The position numbers and the translations under genes were made by a program. The notes beneath the pieces are model-generated. The model searched no databases. It had not been told where the DNA came from and saw only the letters and a list, made by a program, of their open reading frames with translations. A DNA stretch of 64,000 nt from Sphagnum compactum (Eukaryota). Shown piece by piece: positions 1-12,579 of this stretch; the stretch's first letter is position 1, and each line of letters starts with the position of its first letter. The stretch lies in contig OZ234493.1 of NCBI GenBank assembly GCA_965153455.1, forward strand, positions 14,498,213-14,562,212. The letters run 5' to 3'.

Positions 1-155
1 ATTTTGTTGTCCTTACGCTTGACAATCTCTTGACAAACAAATTGAACACATTTGTTCTATTGACAGACATTACCCTAGTAGGCTGACATTACAGACTACA
101 GTTATTCTGGACTTATCTACAATGTGTAGAATATGGTTGGGTCTGTAATTCATAC

Positions 156-383
156 CTCAGTTAAAAGGATTGTGATAAATTGATGAAGCCAGGGGGCTGA
201 TTCCTCAATGACCTTTTCATCATGTTTGTAGCCCCACAATGTCCCATTGGAAGGCCAACTGTATACAATTACAAGGCCTTTGAACTTCAGAGAATGTTTG
301 AGTTGTGCTGCTTGCTTGATGGCATCTTTATGGTTTACATTGTACCCATGAATGTACAACAATACTTCTCGAGCAGATTCCTC
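156..383 (-). CDS. DUF900-like hydrolase paralogue A, exon 2 (gene continues off the left edge)
   Basis: Acceptor TGAATGCAG|GAG and donor GAG|GTATGA, both phase 0. Encodes EESAREVLLYIHGYNV...AAQL...VIVYSWPSNG...Y..D and is collinear with exon 2 of paralogue B. Confidence 0.9.
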
Positions 384-900
384 CTGCATTCAAAGATCAA
401 CCTGTACATTAATTAATTAAAAAAAGAAAGTGTTGAACTCTTCCTTCCCCAATAAATATGGTTGACTTCAGTTTAAAACTATTTAAACACAAGTTCAAGC
501 TTGAGCATGACATGTCTACATAGTCTTATGGTTTTCTTCAAGTTTCTATAGAGAATAATTTATCAAATAGTGACAGTGATTTGTGAAACTGTCAACCATT
601 CAAGTGAAACTTAGTAGTAACTAGTGTGGCCTGTGTAATTGGCCCAAGTGTTAACTAGTTACCCAACTAAAATTGAATTTGAATTTTGAATTTTTATTAA
701 ATTTCCAATGACAAAGGTTACTAAAAAATCAACATCTCTTGCACCTCAGGTTTTGAAAATTATGAAATCAACATCAATACAAAATCCCACTCATTGAGGG
801 CTTTCCAATAGTAGCAAAAGCACTCCCCAAGTTCCCTAACATGCTTAGTTTTAATCTTATTGAATTTTCAATGAGAAACCCTTGCACCTTAGGTCTAAAC

Positions 901-1902
901 CAATCTTGGCCAGTTACCCGGGTGGACTTGGTTATCCAAGCTCGGTTTTGGTTTGATTTTAGAATCAAAATTGAGTTTTTTTTTAGAACCAGATGGAATT
1001 GAAACCTGATAAGGAGGGACTAGTTATGGAACTAGATTGGAATCGTACCTTGGTATTGGAATTGGACTCTGGGTTTCGGTCCAAACTCATTTGAGAATCA
1101 GAATCAGATCAAATTTTTTAAAAAAGTTCAATTTCAATTGTAGGGTTTAAAGAGTTTTTTGCTTTTTTTTTTGGGAGGAAGCTTACTTTTCTGTGACTGT
1201 CTTTTGTAATTTTTTTATTTTCGAAAATTATCATGTTAAAAGAAAGGTTGTGAGCTCCCAAATTGAGGTGCTTCAAATTTTGTTCAAAAATTTCACACTC
1301 AAGAAACAAGACAGCATTGGAGCTTGACTTCAAACTTTTTGGGGTTTGAAATAAGAGTTTTTTGGGGGCTGATCTAAGGTTTTTGGAGGGATTTGAAATA
1401 GAGTTTTTTTGAGATTTAAAATAAGGGAGAATTAAGGGTCCTCAAGGGTGGCAAGAGGTCAACCAAGATGGGTAGTTACAATTTTGAAAACCCTAAACAT
1501 GGAACCATATCTTTTGAAGACATTTACTGTAAATTAGGGTTTTGAAATATGTTATTTGTATTAATTGATTAAAAAAAATTGTATTCTAATTATTTTCCCT
1601 TAGAATAAAAGTTCAAGTTGTTTATTTTTCATATGTTGTTCATTTTCATATTTTGAATGTTGGAACCAAAATTGAAGGTTACCCAAAATTGAGGTTATTT
1701 GGTTAACAATAAAAATCAGTCTAACTTGAAAAAACAAACCAACCAAAACCGAAATGGCTCCCCTAATTAGAAGACCAAAACCAAAACTGAGTTTCACATT
1801 TGAAATTAAAAAAAACCTGAAACCAAACTAGACAATCCCTTCAAAAATGTTAAGAACAAGAACCCAAGGGGTCCCTCAGGACAGAGGAACTGGCCAACAC
1901 TG
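901..1902. mobile_element. hAT-type non-autonomous element (MITE) in intron 1 of paralogue A
   Basis: Imperfect TIRs CAATCTTGGCCAGTTAC / GGAACTGGCCAACACTG and a perfect 8-bp TSD GTCTAAAC at 893-900 and 1903-1910. An 8-bp TSD is characteristic of hAT elements. Confidence 0.85.
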
Positions 1903-2057
1903 GTCTAAACATCACAAAACCACCTCAGTGCATACCTTTTCTAAGGGCTTTACCAGGAGCACTGTGGGGGCACAGTGATTTGGGAGCTCTCAACATGACA
2001 AACAAACAAAGCATTTGAACAAACAAACGACCCTTTTTAATGGATAGATGCACATGC

Positions 2058-3398
2058 CTGAGCAAGAAGTTCGTGGTTGATCTTTTCCACAAACCCTCCG
2101 TTGTCATGTTGCAACCTGGTGTCAATTGACAAGATCTCCACATGCTGGAGTGGGGACTTTTCTCTGCGAATTGGTGCTCCCTCGTCAGGTATGCCCACTG
2201 TCGTGATACCGTAATGCAACTCTTTGCCCTTTCTCCAGCCGCTCATCGCACTATGTTGCCCGATGTACTCTCCATCTTCTGTGACATGCCTATCTGTTGC
2301 GTAGAAGACGTCCACCTCCGTATGACCTTCCGGAACCGTGAATATTTCCGTCTTGAAGTCACGAATGTTCCGAACCACTTTCGCTAAATACTTAGAGTCG
2401 AAATCTTCTATCAAGCTCTTGCACGCCTTCAAGAGTTGCAGACTATCCTCTGGTAAAGGATCACAATTTAACGCAAAGAGAACCTTCTCCTTATCATTAT
2501 CAAGAAAATATTTCCATGATTGATGCCTTTTGGGCAGGTAGTCTCTCAACGACTTAGCGAGTTGGGATTGCGACAGCAAGTAGGGAACTAAAAATCTATC
2601 AACCACCTCCGACACAAACATCACCTCCCATGCCGACGCCGCATCGAGTATTAACGCAAAAAATCCTGAAATCTCGCGAGACATTCTATACTGCTCAGAA
2701 GTCTCGTAGGTGGATGTCAATATCGGCAGTTTGTCGCACAACGCTTGGAGAAGGTAGAAACGGGGAAGTAAGTGGCGAGCTAAACCATCGTCCTTGCATT
2801 TGCCGAGAGACCAGGCATCTGCAACAGCACACTTCACATAGCGCTGCCCTGTATCATGAGCCGCCATTGCAAGATCTTGGACCTCCGGGACCATTATCAA
2901 GGCGCCCCGCAAGTAGTTCAAATCCGCACAAAACTCCCGTTTCACGTGCTCGCGCACAAAAAACGTTACTAAGCGCGAAAGATCGTTTTCGTTGGCCCGC
3001 AGGTTGGTTTCAAGAAAACGTTTCCATGATCGTAGTGGTATCGACAGACACTTCTGTAATGGAGGTGGTAGGTCGTCAAAATTCTCTTGCAAGTAAGGGA
3101 CCAAATCATATTGAAACCTCATCACAAAGTCCAACCCGGCGCCCAACTGTACATCCTGAGCAGACACGAAGGGAAGGTGCTGGAGCCGGGTCACACATTG
3201 ACGACGAACCGTCGAATTTGGCAACATATCGTGTATCAGTTGCAAAAGGAGCAATGAACCAAACAGGCCATATAATCCTTCATCTCTCCGTCGTTGGTTG
3301 CCTCCTCCGTCACTCTCGTCGTTGGTTGCCTCCTCCGTCTTGCCTTCATCTTCAGTACTCGTGCCACCGTACCTTGCCTTAGTGTGTATGGCACCCAT
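2058..3398 (-). CDS. DUF900-like alpha/beta hydrolase paralogue A, exon 1 (MGAIHT start, two tandem helical modules, start of hydrolase domain)
   Basis: First true ATG at 3398 (the ORF-track start at 3425 is TTG). Open for 447 codons. Contains VDVFYATDR and LHYGITTVGIP, typical of the DUF900/COG4782 N-terminal part. Ends at CAG|GCATGT, a phase-0 GC-type donor at the same position as the GT donor in paralogue B. Confidence 0.85.
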
Positions 3399-5249
3399 GT
3401 CGATCGTGTCAGGGAAGAACGCCAAGCTTGAAATTGCAAGGTTCCAGCGTATGTAAGCGCAGCTACTTTCAACGTGAGTCTTTCACTTGGTTTCCCCCAT
3501 CACAAAGTAGAATTGCGGATAGCGTCCTGTGCCTAGATTGCGACTGAAGTGAACAGAATTTTGCAGTTAGTGTTTACCGGCGATCTGCTTGATCTTCGGA
3601 TTTCGGCCAGATGAAGCGCCTTTTCTATCTTTGCCTTCTGGTATCCGACGTGACCGCCTCAGAAGTTCCACAGTCCAATCGTCAGTGGCCAGGGTAAACT
3701 AGTACCATTTCACTAGAAAACATTTACCAGTAAAGTTTTAGTAAAATTTGGGGTTTTCACCAGTGTTGGCCGGATATACATGTGAGTGCCCCTTTTCAAC
3801 ATGCATAGTGCCCTGGTTATGAACAATGCATATCCGGATTTTCCCCAGATCTCCCATATTTTGAGGTATAAGGGGCACATGTAGGTCTAGATGATATCCT
3901 TAAATTTATATTTACTTGCACATATATGTTTGTTCATTATGCATATCCAGTTTATCATTATTTTATGAGATCTGGATATGTATAATTATGTTATATATAT
4001 TTTTTATATCTTGTGTTTAAGGGTTTGTATATGCATATGCTTGTTTAAGGTTTGTTTAGGGTTTCCAAGGTTTCTTCTTTCTTTTTTCTTTTATTATCTT
4101 ATTCCTTTTTTTTATCATATCAATGCTTTGTTGTTTAGAGGATTTTGACACGCTCAAGCACTCAAACATTGAAAGTTTTTGTCACATCACAGTCGTGGCA
4201 CTGAAGAGGATTTCATGAATGCATTCAAGCACTCAAATGCTGAAGCACTCAAATGCACAAAAGGTTTTTCATGTAAAAGGTATGCTTGCATGATTTTATT
4301 CAACCTAATGAGCTTGATGCTCTAACTTCTAACCTACAACAAACTTTTCATCAGGACAATATGTTCGAGCTCGATTGAGCTTTATACAACTCATTAGAGT
4401 GAGCTTTCCACAACTCATCCAAGTTAGCTTTTCCATAGCTTGTTGGAATGAGCTTTTTCACAACTTTCAGAATGAGTTTTTTACAACTTGTAGCTTGCAA
4501 TTTGGTTATAACTTGTGCGTTGGTTGTGATTGTAGTAGCTTGGTTGTAATAATTTGGTCACAACTTCGACTTACTTATTAGGGGTGATTGCACATTACGG
4601 TGGCCCAATAATTCTATCACATTGGCAATTTTCCCTACATTTCCTACACACTTTGAATTTTTGAAATATATTTTTCTTTGAAATATCAAAAAAGGGTCTC
4701 ACTTATGTAAAACTAACACAATTAGCTTTCCAATAATTCAAAAAACCCATCAAGATCATGGACATTCAATAAGCAATGGACTTTTGAATTTTGACGACAA
4801 TTTTTGTCACACCTACAAAACACATGTGTATGAACTTTTACCTTATAATGTATTGGTCCCATGTATTTAAAACTTTGGGATCTAGATTAATTTTTGTTTA
4901 AGAAACTAAAGATGTATTGAATATGGAATATGATTTAAATTTATTATGTTATGGACTTTTCAAAATCCCAAAAACTACAATTATTTAAAAAGTCCTTTTA
5001 ATCATACATCGTAAATTATCTTTAAGGAATTTTTTTAAAAATCCTTATAACATCCTTAAATGAAATTGGAATTGGAAAAAGATGTTAATTTCAAAACATC
5101 TAGATATTCACATTTTCAGCCAATTTCCAAATACATTGCAATATGGACTTTGAAGGTAATGCCCTATTGCCGTAATTGAGACACCCTAGTGTGCTTTCAC
5201 CTTTAGGGTTTAAAGATTTTGTGTAGGTCTGAGCTCTCTTGCAAGATGA

Positions 5250-5570
5250 AGCTTGGTTGTAACTCCGTTGTAATAGTTTGGTTGTAGCTTGCAGCTTGGT
5301 TTTAGTAGTTTGGTTGTAACTTGCAACTTGGTTGCAACTTTTAGTTTAGTTGTAGGTTGCATTAATTAAGGTTTATACATTATGTTGTAGATTAGAACTT
5401 TATAGTGAGTTGAAGCTTGGTTACAAATTGTAGCTTGGTTGGAGTTTGGTTGCAATAGTTTGGTTGTAGCTTATAGTTTACTTGTAACATTTGGTTGTAG
5501 TTTACACCTTGGAATAGTTTGGTTGTAACTTGTAGCTTGCAGTAGTTTGGTTGTAGCTTGTAGCTTATAA
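5250..5570. repeat. Degenerate short tandem repeat (AGTTTGGTTGTAGCTTG-like units)
   Basis: The GTTTGGTTGTA(G/A)CTTG motif recurs many times; a similar patch lies at ~4490-4560. Confidence 0.7.
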
Positions 5571-6183
5571 CATCGCCCATTGTTATTTATACTACATAGA
5601 TGTTCCAAATCCTACTTTTTGTGATTTGAAAATGTTGGCTTTCTTGAATAATAAAGCCATGGAGAGTGTTCAAAAGGAACACATGACTGCATTCCATAAG
5701 AGGCTACATGTTTATGACCCCACACTTGGCACTTGATTCTTTCAACAAGTATAGGTTCATTATAACATGAATCTTGATCTTGAAATGATGACAAAAAAAC
5801 TAAGCTCCTTGTGTTTTCACAAGTGAATAATGAACAAAAGGTATTTTGGCTAAAGCATTGGAACTAGTCCCCAATTCTAAGGGAAGTTCAAAAGTTCCCT
5901 AAGGTTGGTAAATGCCATTTTTGAAAAATGGTTCCACAAGGCAACTTTTTGGTTTCAAATGCCATGTTGATTCTTTTTCAATGGTACAATGAAAATTTTT
6001 CTATGTTATTTTCAATGGCCCTTCATGTTCATGGCTTTTCTTTTGTGTTTTCATGGTAGTTGGAAGTGGAGGCCAAGAAGTTTTATAATAACATTGTGAC
6101 GGACCTTGGTGTTTTTATCCTTGAAAATGTCAAGGTTCAAAGTCTTGAGGATTTCATAAGTCACTGGAAGCTTGAATTGTAGG

Positions 6184-7101
6184 TGACGCACCCCCAAACT
6201 CCTAGATAGACTCAATTGCAAATCCAAAGGTGAAAACAATGTAAGGAAAAGGAGTTGGGGTACGCTCCTTAGCTCGCGACACTTCGAGGGTAGAGGAGCG
6301 TGCTGGAGCTCCAAGAGGGGGACTAGGACGAATGACAAGCGGGTCAATTATTCACACAAACCAAACAAACTAAACAAACCAAACAACAAGTTGGTTAGTG
6401 CATAATTGGAGCACTTTTGATGCACGGACGAGCCACAAGCATACATAGACCCACAAAACTCACCACAGCTCGGATCTGGGGGAAGCCATTACCTTCCCTC
6501 TTATAGTATTCTCTGTGCTTGACCATGGGGCTTGCACCCAAATGTCATTTTGTCCCGGGACTCCCAAGTTGGGAGTCCTAAAATTGGGATTCTTGCAACT
6601 TTGGAGGCCCATAATTCTTTTTACAGACCTCTGATTGAGGTGAAGTCCAAAGCAAAGTTGTAGCCCTCGTCAAGAACTTTCTAACGGTATGTGGCATGCA
6701 ACCTGCACAAAAGTAAATCAGGGCGATTCCCGACTTTTAGTGGTCAGGAATCAAATTGACAACTTGAATCCGGACCTTTTTTTTGGCCATAGCTTATGTT
6801 TCAAGTACCCAAATGGGTCATGCGAGCCCATTTGTAGACATCTACGTCTCAAGAGATTTCCAAGGTATAAATAACTTTTCAATCCAATGAGTTTGGCCCT
6901 TGAAATCACTCTCTGAAAATTTGAGAGTCCATCGGGACTTCAACTCCCAAAAGGGGAGCCCAAGTTGGGAGTGTGTGGGTTCATTCCTTCACACTCTCCT
7001 ACATTTCTGGTAGCATGAAATGTGACTCCTGGGCTTCATTATCAACCCTCACCTTTACAAGCCTTTGCCTTGGTCGTGAGCCTAAGGCTAGGGTTGCAAT
7101 A
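6184..7101 (-). mobile_element. Solo-LTR-like dispersed repeat, copy 1
   Basis: About 0.9 kb, starts TGACGCACCCCC and ends GCTAGGGTTGCAATA. Homologous to 7941-8711, 33037-33910 and 51717-52633. TG...CA-type termini in the family consensus; no long ORF. Confidence 0.7.
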
Positions 7102-7940
7102 GTGAGAAACTCCATTTTTTCGTGAATTCGAGCCCAAAGGTGGAATCCTCAAAAACGAAACTTGGCAACAATAGACTAATGGTGAAAAAACTTTGAAGTG
7201 GATAATCTACAGGTAACAAACAAATCTTTTTTGTGACCACCACATTTGCTTTTGTCTTCCTAATTAATTCCATACTTGGTTGCAACATCAACATTCCCCA
7301 CATTAAATTCAACTTCCTTGTAACAAGTATTTCTCCCATGTTCTTTTGGCAAAGGAAGCCATTTGCAACCTCCCTGCCTTTCTCAAGATGTGGTGCAATC
7401 CTAAAGTTGAAAGCACCATGTATAGGAAGGATCTCTAAAAAAAATGGTCAACTACCCATTTTACATTTTGCGGGTGGTACTTAGATTGCCTAGTTGATAG
7501 TACTTGAGAGTCAAAATGTGGGTTAAAGGAGAAGTTTGAGGATGACCACCTCAATAAGCCCATTTTAACTAATTCTAGTTTCAAGGGTGGCAAAAGAAAC
7601 CATGATGCCAAAAAGTCCATGAAAACTAAAAACCAATCGGCCAGATTTTCAGGTGAGAAATCGAGGAGGATCTTGAGCAAGAGGAGTTTGTTTTAAACCA
7701 AGAAACACCATAATCTCAAACTGTACATCGGAGGTGGCGACTTTTCAATATAGACACAAATCCTAGTTTGGATCTTCTTCCAAATCCCATCCTAGATCCC
7801 ATCAAATTTCCAACAAATTCCCTTATTTAGTTAAAAGTTTTAGCTTTTAATATTTTTTGGCCAACCATGGTGATTGCCAATGTGGCATCTAGTTCATGGT
7901 CCTCTCAATATGAAGAATTGAATGAAATGTTCACAATGGT

Positions 7941-8711
7941 TGTCACAACCTTAGCCTTGGGCTTGTGAAGGCGTGCCAAGAATCAAGCTTGAAAGTCACA
8001 TTTCATGTTCCCAGGAGTGTGGGAAAGTGTGAGGGAATGAACCTCCACACTCTTAAGTGAGCTCCCACTTTGGAAGTTGGAGTCCCAATGGACTTTCAAA
8101 TTCTTAGAGAGCAATTGCAAGGGTCAAAACCCATTGAAGGGTTACTACCAAAAGAAGGGTCGGGAGTCAAATCACCAATTTGACTCCCGACCATTAAAAG
8201 TCGTGAATCACCTCGATTTCCTTATGTGCAAGTGGCATGTCACATACCGTTGGAAAGCTTTTGACAAGGGTTAAAACTTTGCCTTAAACTTCATCTCAAT
8301 TGGAGGTTTGCACACAAAGTTATGGGCCCCAAAGTCACGGGACCCCCGGAACAAAATGACATTTGGGTGCTGGCCTCGTGGCCAGGCACAAAAAATACGA
8401 TAAGGGGGAAGGTAGTGGTAATCCCCAAGTCTGGGCCGTGATGAGTCTTGTGAGTCTGTGTTTGCCCGTGGCTTGTCCGTGCACCAAAAATGTTCCAACT
8501 ACGCACTAACCAACTTGTTGTTTGGTTTCTGTAGGTCCGTGTGAGTAATTGACTTGCTTGTCAATCTTCCTAATCCCCGTCTCGGAGCTCTAGCACGCCA
8601 CTCTACCCCGGAAGTGCTATGAGCCAAGGAGCGCGCCCAACTCCTTCTCCTTCCGTTGTTGTCACCTTTGGATTCACAGTTGAGTCCATCAAGGAGCTTG
8701 GGGGTGCGTCA
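7941..8711 (+). mobile_element. Solo-LTR-like dispersed repeat, copy 2 (opposite orientation)
   Basis: Starts TGTCACAACC and ends GGGGTGCGTCA. Flanks ATGGT / AAGGT match at 4 of 5 positions, as expected for a decayed 5-bp TSD. Confidence 0.75.
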
Positions 8712-10326
8712 AAGGTATTCATTTAGGCAATTCATTATGTTCATTTCACAAAATTGGTATTATTCTACATGATATTAATCAATTTCCTTCCACTTTGTAA
8801 GATTTTGGATGTGGAAAGTCTATTATCCTCATTGTTGAAATTCCATCAAACTTGCTAGTTCTTTTTATCTCCAAACCTCCCACTATTGTCATGTTCTGGA
8901 ATCGTCACACAGATAACTACATGTATGGAGTTTTTTAAACAAATACATCGTTGACAATGGTGCAATTTTAATTTTCCATGATGATTTTGCATCTTGAAGG
9001 AAATCAAGTCTTTCTTGGAGACCACTGGATATGAGATCCATTCAAAATGGGTAGTTATCAATACTCTACCACAAATGAATAATGAATTCAAAGGGAAATT
9101 GGTAATTCCCATCTTTATTATCTCTACATTACATTTCATTTTAAACAATCATCTTTTATTAAATTTTTTCATTCCTCACCTTGCAGACTTGAATAAATTG
9201 GGTGACTATTCTTGTTCATTTGATGAATGGTTTCTAGTTTCGAAAAAATCACCCAAAGATGGTAAAACTTGGTGTTTCCTTGGGTGAAGATGATATCCAT
9301 ATTGACATTGAAACAATGGAGAAGTTCAACATAAATATCCCATTCAAAGGATGTTAAGAGATGCATGTGTCCACATTAAGGTTAGCTTGTGCAACCCTCA
9401 TGGTTCACTTATTGTCAACATGAATTCATCCACTAGTATGTCTTCATGAGTTATGTTTGCAAGTTGAAATCACAATTTTTGCTCCTTCAAGATTCAAATC
9501 TTGGTTTCCTTAATTATTTTCCAAAGAATTGCATTTGAACTTGTTAGTCTATTGGCCATGATTTTTTTATGTTGGAACCAAATGATGATGTTTATGAAAA
9601 GGTTGTCAAACCTCCTTAGGTTGAGACTAGCTTGACTGCTTGGGTGCCCCCAAATTCACTAGCCAAGAAGAGAGTGCAAATCAATCTCAATTATGAATAA
9701 GTTAGCATTCATCATCTTTGAATGCATCTTCTTTAATTGTTCTTCTTCCAATTAAAGGCTAATGTTCTATGTGTCTATAGAAATATCCAGCCTGATCGTT
9801 CTCAGTTGACACGTGGAATGCCACATCATCATGTTGTGAAACTAGAAGTTGTTATTTTAATCACAAAAGTCATGGTATGTTTGATTAACTAATTTTCATT
9901 TATTAAAAGCATATTATTATAATTTCAAGGATAATAATATTATCTACCCAAAAAAATGTAGTAGTTGTCATAGTAATTATAGTCGTAAAACCATGACATC
10001 ACATGAAATCTCAATGGCCTTTGCAACTACATAGTGATTTTTGTGACTAAGTAGTTACAATTGTAGTAAAAAAGGACAGTAGTCATTTTTTTTACCAATA
10101 AAAAAACCCATAATGTGTTGTTGTGATTCTTGATCGGATGAAAGCATGGTAAAGTAGTCAATTTTTTATCCTTGTCACCAAAAACAAAAGTAGCCATAAA
10201 CAAGTTTTAATGTATTGAAAGTAGAATGTTTTTTTATTTAATGATTAACATGAGGATACTCTTTAATTTTATCACAACAATATTAATTAATCACATATCT
10301 AATATACATTGAAGTACATTGAAGGC

Positions 10327-10785
10327 CTGGCCCACCTAAGAAAAAAGCCTGAAAAATGTCAGAATAGGTACATCCACACTAGTTATGGTGAACCTTCTTC
10401 ACTTATCCTGACTGACTAGATCCTTACAATTATGTGCCAAGCCCTGGGGTAGGGTCCATGTCCAAACGCCTCATATGGCGTAAAGATGGCCAGAGCGAAC
10501 TAGCATCGACCAGTAGGATGGATGGATGGTACCTGGATAGGAAACACTTTTCTGTTGGGGTCAAATTCCCTAGCTGTTGCTGCAGCAACTCCCCTAGGAT
10601 CTATCATTGTTGGAGTGGGTACCACAGTAGATGAAAAAGGTAAAGAGGCAGATGAAAAACACAGCCCATACTATGGACAGAACGGCCAACTGGTGCAGTC
10701 ATGGGGGATGCTTCACTCTGGCCTTGGCCATTAACAAGTTGAAACTGACAACACGGAAAGTGGAACCATCAGATGGCCGCCTGGC
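10327..10785 (+). repeat. ~457-bp unit, left copy (contains a mini-TIR cassette)
   Basis: Nearly identical to the two tandem copies at 27326-28143. Confidence 0.85.
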
Positions 10786-11059
10786 TGGCCAGAGTGAACC
10801 AGCCCCCATGATTGCACCAATTGGCCGTTCTGTCCATGGGATGGGCTGGATGAATCGCCTCTTTTTCATTCACCTCTTTACCTTACGTTAACCAACATTC
10901 TACCACAGTCAATCTTTTTTGGCTGCTAACCTTTGACCATTGTTTTTTCATTGCTAATTTTTTTCAACCCTGACCTCCATACTACCCACCCACCTAGCTA
11001 CTATAGTGACTTAAATCTTAACCTTGCCTACTAACTAACAATTAATCCTTTACTTACCT

Positions 11060-11520
11060 TGGCAAAACTCTTATCTCCTCTTGGCTAAACTTATATTTCT
11101 TCTTGGCTAAACTTATAGTTTTTCTTGGCTAAACTTCTATTTCTTGGCAAAACCTATATATTTTATTGACTAAATTTCTATCTCTTGACTAAACCTATAT
11201 ATTTTATTGGCTAACTTTTATTTATTCGCTAAACTTATATATATATTTTGACTTAACTTCTATCTCTTGGCTAAATCTATATATCTTACTAGTTAACTTC
11301 TATTTTTTGCCTAAACCTATATTTCTTATTGGATAAATTTCTATCTCTTGGTTAAACTTATATTTCTTCTTGGTTAAACTTATTTTTTTGGCTAAACTTC
11401 TATCTCTTGGCTAAACTTATATTTCTTGGTTAAACTACTTTTTCTTGGCTAAACTTATATATCTTATTGGTTAAACTTCTCTCTTTTGGCTAAACCTAGA
11501 TTCTTTTTGGTTAAATTTCT
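11060..11520 (+). repeat. Subterminal tandem array (TTGGCTAAACTT core)
   Basis: Many degenerate ~20-25-bp units; inverted counterpart at 25890-26360. Confidence 0.85.
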
Positions 11521-12579
11521 ACCTAATTCCTACTCCATAAATTAACCAAAAAAGTAGATACATTTTTTAGTAATGCCATTTTAATTTTTGCAAAACATCT
11601 ACTTATTGGCAAAACCTATCTACCCACACGTCATTATACCTACCTATGCACTTGCAAATTATGGACTTCAATTACAAAAATTATAATGTAAAATGTGGGT
11701 ATTGCAATTGTGAATTTTTTTTTGACGACAGTCCTCTACCTCCATTTGGACCATTTAATGCAAGATGTACTTAGTTTAATTAAAGAATAGGTTTGATAAA
11801 TATGAATTAAAAAGACATCAAACATTTAAGATTATTTGCACAATTTTTAATACTAATCAAAATCAATCCTAGGTTGGATTTTGGGGGGAAATTTGGCCAA
11901 ATTTTCACATACAAATACTTGCAACAAGATGCATTTTATCTCTTTAGAAGGTGAATGAAGAAAGTCTCAAGTTGAAGTGACCACACTAAAAGTAAGAAAA
12001 TAAACTCTTATTTCATTCATTTAATTTTTTTCTTCTTCATTGTGTTTCAATTTTATTTCATCACTCATTCCTAAAAGATTATTTTGTATGGCATTTGTAT
12101 ATGTTTATATAGTTATTAATTTTTATGACATTTAATATTAAATTTTTTTAGGTTTATATATAAATTTTTGGGGTAGTTTTAAACTCTAGGGCTAATGCTC
12201 TCATTCATTATAATTTTTAATTGATTAACTTTAAAATTCAGAACATAGTTGTTATAAATGTTTTTTGTATTCCATTTGTAGTTTTGTTTGTATAATCATT
12301 AGGTTGAGTTCATTTATCATTAGGATAATTTAGGGTTTTAAGTTTAAGGCTTAATGAAATGTGTGTTGATTTATTTAGGTTGTGTTTTCAAATCAAGATA
12401 CAACTTCTTTGAATGTGATATCATCCTTTAACATCAACGATATGTTATTTTTTCTTAATCATTTTCTTATGGTTTTTTATTGTTTTGTTCCTAATTTAAG
12501 GAAATTAATTTCCCTGGATGGTTTTAATATGGTCATCAAATTCCACTAAGAATGTTCCATGTTTGATATATGGATTTAA

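Noticed and set aside
2630-3382. 250-aa plus-strand ORF
   Set aside because: Antisense shadow of hydrolase A exon 1; Arg/Ser/Pro-rich with no recognisable motif.
7100-9750. Possible gag/protease remnant around the solo-LTR-like repeats
   Set aside because: Too degenerate; I could not read a convincing CCHC or D(S/T)G motif.
10434-10891. Repeated small ORFs (MKNTAHTMDR..., MPSPGVGSM...) also at 27254-28376
   Set aside because: They recur only because the DNA unit is repeated; they overlap in several frames and include TIR sequence.
11060-11520. CRISPR-like appearance of short repeated units (also 25890-26360, 50160-51125, 55548-56060)
   Set aside because: Units are degenerate and adjacent, with no unique constant-length spacers and no cas genes, in a eukaryotic context.
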